A stretch of 64,000 nucleotides of DNA from the NCBI RefSeq assembly GCF_964204645.1, contig NC_134029.1:22066950-22130949 (forward strand). The letters run 5' to 3'. Under the pieces are notes generated by a model, which made no database searches, was not told where the DNA came from, and saw only the letters and a program-made list of their open reading frames with translations. Shown here piece by piece: positions 60,610 through 64,000 of this stretch. A program made the position numbers and the translations under genes. Position 1 is the first letter of the stretch, and the number at the start of each line of letters is the position of its first letter. The stretch comes from Tubulanus polymorphus. Its lineage: Eukaryota; Animalia; Nemertea.

Positions 60610-61581
60610 ATGATAACTGGAAATTGGACAGAGGCAGATGGGAGTGAGCATAAATCTAGGACCGAAATTCTACTAGTTATGTTGTCTGCGTGGGTCTGCG
60701 GGCCCATATCCATAGTCGGTTTATTGGGCAACATCATTTCGATGATCATCTGGCCCCGAATATCTCATACTTCAAGAGATTTAAGCCAGTATTTAATATC
60801 GCTCGCTTTAGCTGATTCTCTTGCTTTGCTGTGCTCGTGTCTGACGAACTGGCTCCCGTATTCCTTGTCCTACGCCACATCGGGAACGTTCTATTTGGAC
60901 GTTCTGATTTTGCATCCAGCTATTTGTAAATGTATCATGTTTTTAAGCGTAACTTTCAGACTATTTTCGGCTTGGATAATCGTGCTCTATGCCTCTGAAA
61001 GATGTATCGCCATTATTTGGCCGATTTTTAGGTTGCGTTTTTTCGCTACAAAACGCCGAACAAGTTGGTTGTTGATTTCATTTTGTTTCGTATTCATTTT
61101 TTCGATCGATCACTTTTACGTTGTTGATATCATTGCCACGCCACAGTATAAGAGAAATTATTGTGACATGGACGCCATGAAGCTTCCGAATATATACGTG
61201 TTAAAGTTCTATCTTATTTTGAAACTAAGCTTCCTCTTCGTCATTCCGTTGATGGCAATCTCTGGTGGAAATCTGATTGTTTCGATTGCGATCATACGAA
61301 GAATTAAGATAGGGATACGCAAGCAGAGAAAAAGAGAATGGCGTTGCCACTTGAATTTCGTGTTGGTATCATTTTCCTATATAGTTTTGACATTTCCTCT
61401 AGTAATCCTAACACTTGTAGGTGGCGGAAGTAGACCTGCAATGAAACACTGGTATAACTTTACAATTTCATTTTCGTATCTTAATTATGCGAGTAATTTC
61501 ATTATATACGCATGTATTTTTCCAGATTTTAGACGGGAGATTGTAACGCTGTTTCATTGCGGTGACACGTTAAACCAGTAG
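60610..61581 (+). CDS. Intronless rhodopsin-class (class A) 7TM GPCR, peptide-receptor-like/orphan
   Basis: 323-aa ORF with seven hydrophobic segments: GLLGN (TM1), YLISLALAD (TM2), ERC in place of DRY, a Cys at the top of TM3 and in ECL2, LNYASNFIIY (TM7) and FRRE (helix 8). N-terminal NWT sequon. Confidence 0.9.
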   Translation: MITGNWTEADGSEHKSRTEILLVMLSAWVCGPISIVGLLGNIISMIIWPRISHTSRDLSQYLISLALADSLALLCSCLTNWLPYSLSYATSGTFYLDVLILHPAICKCIMFLSVTFRLFSAWIIVLYASERCIAIIWPIFRLRFFATKRRTSWLLISFCFVFIFSIDHFYVVDIIATPQYKRNYCDMDAMKLPNIYVLKFYLILKLSFLFVIPLMAISGGNLIVSIAIIRRIKIGIRKQRKREWRCHLNFVLVSFSYIVLTFPLVILTLVGGGSRPAMKHWYNFTISFSYLNYASNFIIYACIFPDFRREIVTLFHCGDTLNQ

Positions 61582-62915
61582 ACATAGCTTAACGATAATA
61601 GGGTTAAGTGCTTGTCGAAAATAGCGTGCAACGGAAATATATCTTAAAAGTATTTTTTGTCATTTGTTCTTTGTCGATGGTGTCTAGTTATGAGCAGTTG
61701 ACTTGTTGTGATATTCACGAAAAAATGCCCAGGAAAAGACGAAGGTTTTCGTTCTATAATCACATCTAGTAGCCTATAGTTAGAAAGGACTGTTATTCGG
61801 TTCAATCGGGTGAATTTATAACTTCAGGATCCGCACTTTCTTACGTTGTATTAGAACAGAAAACTGAGTTTTAAGTTTCCTTTTTTAAAAAGTCTTGTTT
61901 CATTGGAAACATCGCCGATGTCTGTTTTTAATGGTTTCAGTGGTCATAGTTCTGCTCAGACTCCAGTGATGCCCAGACTCTGAGCAGAGCTTTGACCAGC
62001 ACTGAAACCATTAAAACGGACAACGATGACTCCAGACTGCCCCCCTTAAAATGCTGATCCGTTCTTAACTCAAGGCGTGTAGCCAGTTTTCCAAGGGCGG
62101 TTCCAAATGTATTCCAAACGGGAAATAACATTTCCACCAAAAGGCATTTGTTCTAGAACAAGCCAACCCAACAGGACCTATGGTTTGTAATATTAAGCAA
62201 AAGTATTGGCACTTTTTAGTTGATTACGCACGTGTTGACATTGCAACTGCTCAACAGTAAAATGCCTGCATCAGTTATCGTTACACTTCATTACGAACGT
62301 GGGTATCTAGATGCATATTTTCTTAAAGCCTACGATTAGAAAATTTGAGCAGATTAAGCCAATTTCACTGCTTTGTAGCATTCCGGACACGTCTAAATCT
62401 TCTTAATCAAAATAGAAAATCGGATGAAACAAATTGGAATCATCAAATAGTGGTTTTAAAGTCTTTACTAAGAGAAAATAAATCATAAAGCGTTGACTGG
62501 GTTTTTACGGTTGAAACGATATTAGCCCGCCACTGTTGCATTGTGTTGAGATAGCAATCTTGACTGTCTAGTGCTGCCCCTATGTATAACGATAGCGGGA
62601 AAAACACGAACTAACAATATTCGCTTGCCAAAGTCATTGAACGGCTGTACTGGACAAACTATTTACCGATTTGCAGGCCGGATTCCAAAAAATTCTCTTG
62701 TATGCTAAATCTGCACTTCTCAACGTATAGAAATATTATACAAGCGCCACCAACTTTCACTTCATCCTGAAGTAGCTCCAATGAGTAGATGCCATTACAA
62801 AATTCCTCGTTTCCGAAGTAAATACAAAAAGAAGACGAAATCGAAAATATTCGACAAACAGCGACATTTATTAAAAGCAATGATAATATTGTACATAATA
62901 CAACATAATTGTACA

Positions 62916-63542
62916 TTAAATGACTAGATTTTTTTGTATTATAACGCACCAGTTTCCCTTATCGTAATAACTATGAATAACTTCAACGCCTGGAATCGTT
63001 TCGCATAAAGTTTCAAGTTCGCCTTGTCTGAACACGTGATAAAACCGATGAAAAACTGGATTACAATCTCGATCTTCCGACGTTTCGTTACTCGCCGCCG
63101 ATCCAAGCGATAAGCGATTTTTCTGTTTGGCTTTCATGTGCCACGGTACGAGAACGTCCTGTTTTTCGAACGGAGTACGATTGACGTGAATCGGTAACGA
63201 ATCGGACGATTCCGTTTGCGTCGACGTCGAAGCGTTACAGTCTGTCGGTGAATCGGTCTGAGTTGAAGTGCTCGCGAGATGTGAAGTATCAACGACTGTT
63301 TTCTGACTAGTATCGGAATTGTCGGTGTCAGTTTGTTGAGTAAATGCAATATTCTGATTATCATCACAGTTTAAGCCATCGGCGCGACCCTCCGCTTTGT
63401 CATTCGTCGCATCTTTCGCTACTTTGAGGTAGTTTGACTTTTCGTTGTTGAGCTCTTGTTCGAGAGCCCAAACATAAATGAGCGCTTTTCCGCCTTTACA
63501 CAGAATATTCACGATCTCTTGTATCGCGGCCAATCGCCTTTC
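62916..63542 (-). CDS. ALKBH8: Last coding exon of ALKBH8 (tRNA mcm5U methyltransferase domain C-terminus); upstream exons lie beyond the window end
   Basis: After an ACAG acceptor at 63543-63544 the exon reads ERRLAAIQEIVNILCKGGKALIYVWALEQE...LPIHVNRTPF...DVLVPWH...VFHRFYHVFRQGELE...SYYDKGNWCVIIQK. This matches the ALKBH8/Trm9 C-terminus. Confidence 0.88.
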   Translation of the reverse strand, partial: ERRLAAIQEIVNILCKGGKALIYVWALEQELNNEKSNYLKVAKDATNDKAEGRADGLNCDDNQNIAFTQQTDTDNSDTSQKTVVDTSHLASTSTQTDSPTDCNASTSTQTESSDSLPIHVNRTPFEKQDVLVPWHMKAKQKNRLSLGSAASNETSEDRDCNPVFHRFYHVFRQGELETLCETIPGVEVIHSYYDKGNWCVIIQKNLVI

Positions 63543-64000
63543 CTGTCATTTAAAAATAAGAACAATATTTACGGTTATTAACAGATTCATTTACGCAGGC
63601 AAATCAGTTGTCGATCCGGACAAAATCTCCAGACATGGTTTAATCAGAATTTCCCATGTTGTAACACGAGATATTTCTTAGTTCCGGTTCTGCCATCGTT
63701 GCCACTATGAGTTACCTCATAGCTGATCCTTCTAATTCACTGTTTGATATTTGCACAGTGAATTTCAGTGACACAGTTACTGATAGGTTGGCAATATGAA
63801 TGAACTTCTTTCATTCTCAATGCTCATCAGACAATTTTGAAAAACGGCCAACTACATAGAAGTTCCATCGCCAACTTCGGAATAACTTTCATAAGCAATT
63901 GGGATGAAAATTGGTGGCGGCAAACAGTCATGTCGAGACTCTAATGTAAAATTTGAAAGGAGAAATGTCGAACCGGATTTATTAAGTTGTCGAGATAACG

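Noticed and set aside
63805-63832. CTGATGA...GAAA on the - strand, resembling a hammerhead ribozyme core
   Set aside because: Stem II does not pair properly and no stems I/III were found. The other CTGATGA sites inspected also lacked the core geometry.

Overview
Eukaryotic (bilaterian invertebrate, probably lophotrochozoan; this is an inference) genomic DNA with spliced genes. In order: the 5' part of a Mastermind/MAML Notch co-activator (- strand, runs off the left edge), head-to-head with TRAP1/HSP75 (+, 17 exons over about 34 kb, with introns 1 and 2 of about 9.2 and 15.6 kb). A compact housekeeping block follows: ATP6V0C (-), PWP2 (+), POLR1E/RPA49 (-), a CRAL-TRIO/Sec14 protein (+), an intronless rhodopsin-class GPCR (+) and the last exon of ALKBH8 (-). 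Many MITE families, a tRNA-derived SINE and several tandem repeats are present. Most notable: (1) TRAP1 introns expanded and CpG-rich on the side facing mastermind, suggesting a genomic regulatory block or hidden upstream mastermind exons; (2) two U12-type minor-spliceosome introns in the adjacent ribosome-biogenesis genes PWP2 and POLR1E, plus a GC-AG intron; (3) a cluster of MITF/TFEB M-boxes at the ATP6V0C/PWP2 bidirectional promoter; (4) a shared 19-nt start-codon motif in TRAP1 and POLR1E. No prokaryotic-type system (CRISPR etc.) was found. Exon coordinates were read by hand, and protein identities come from recalled motifs, not database searches.
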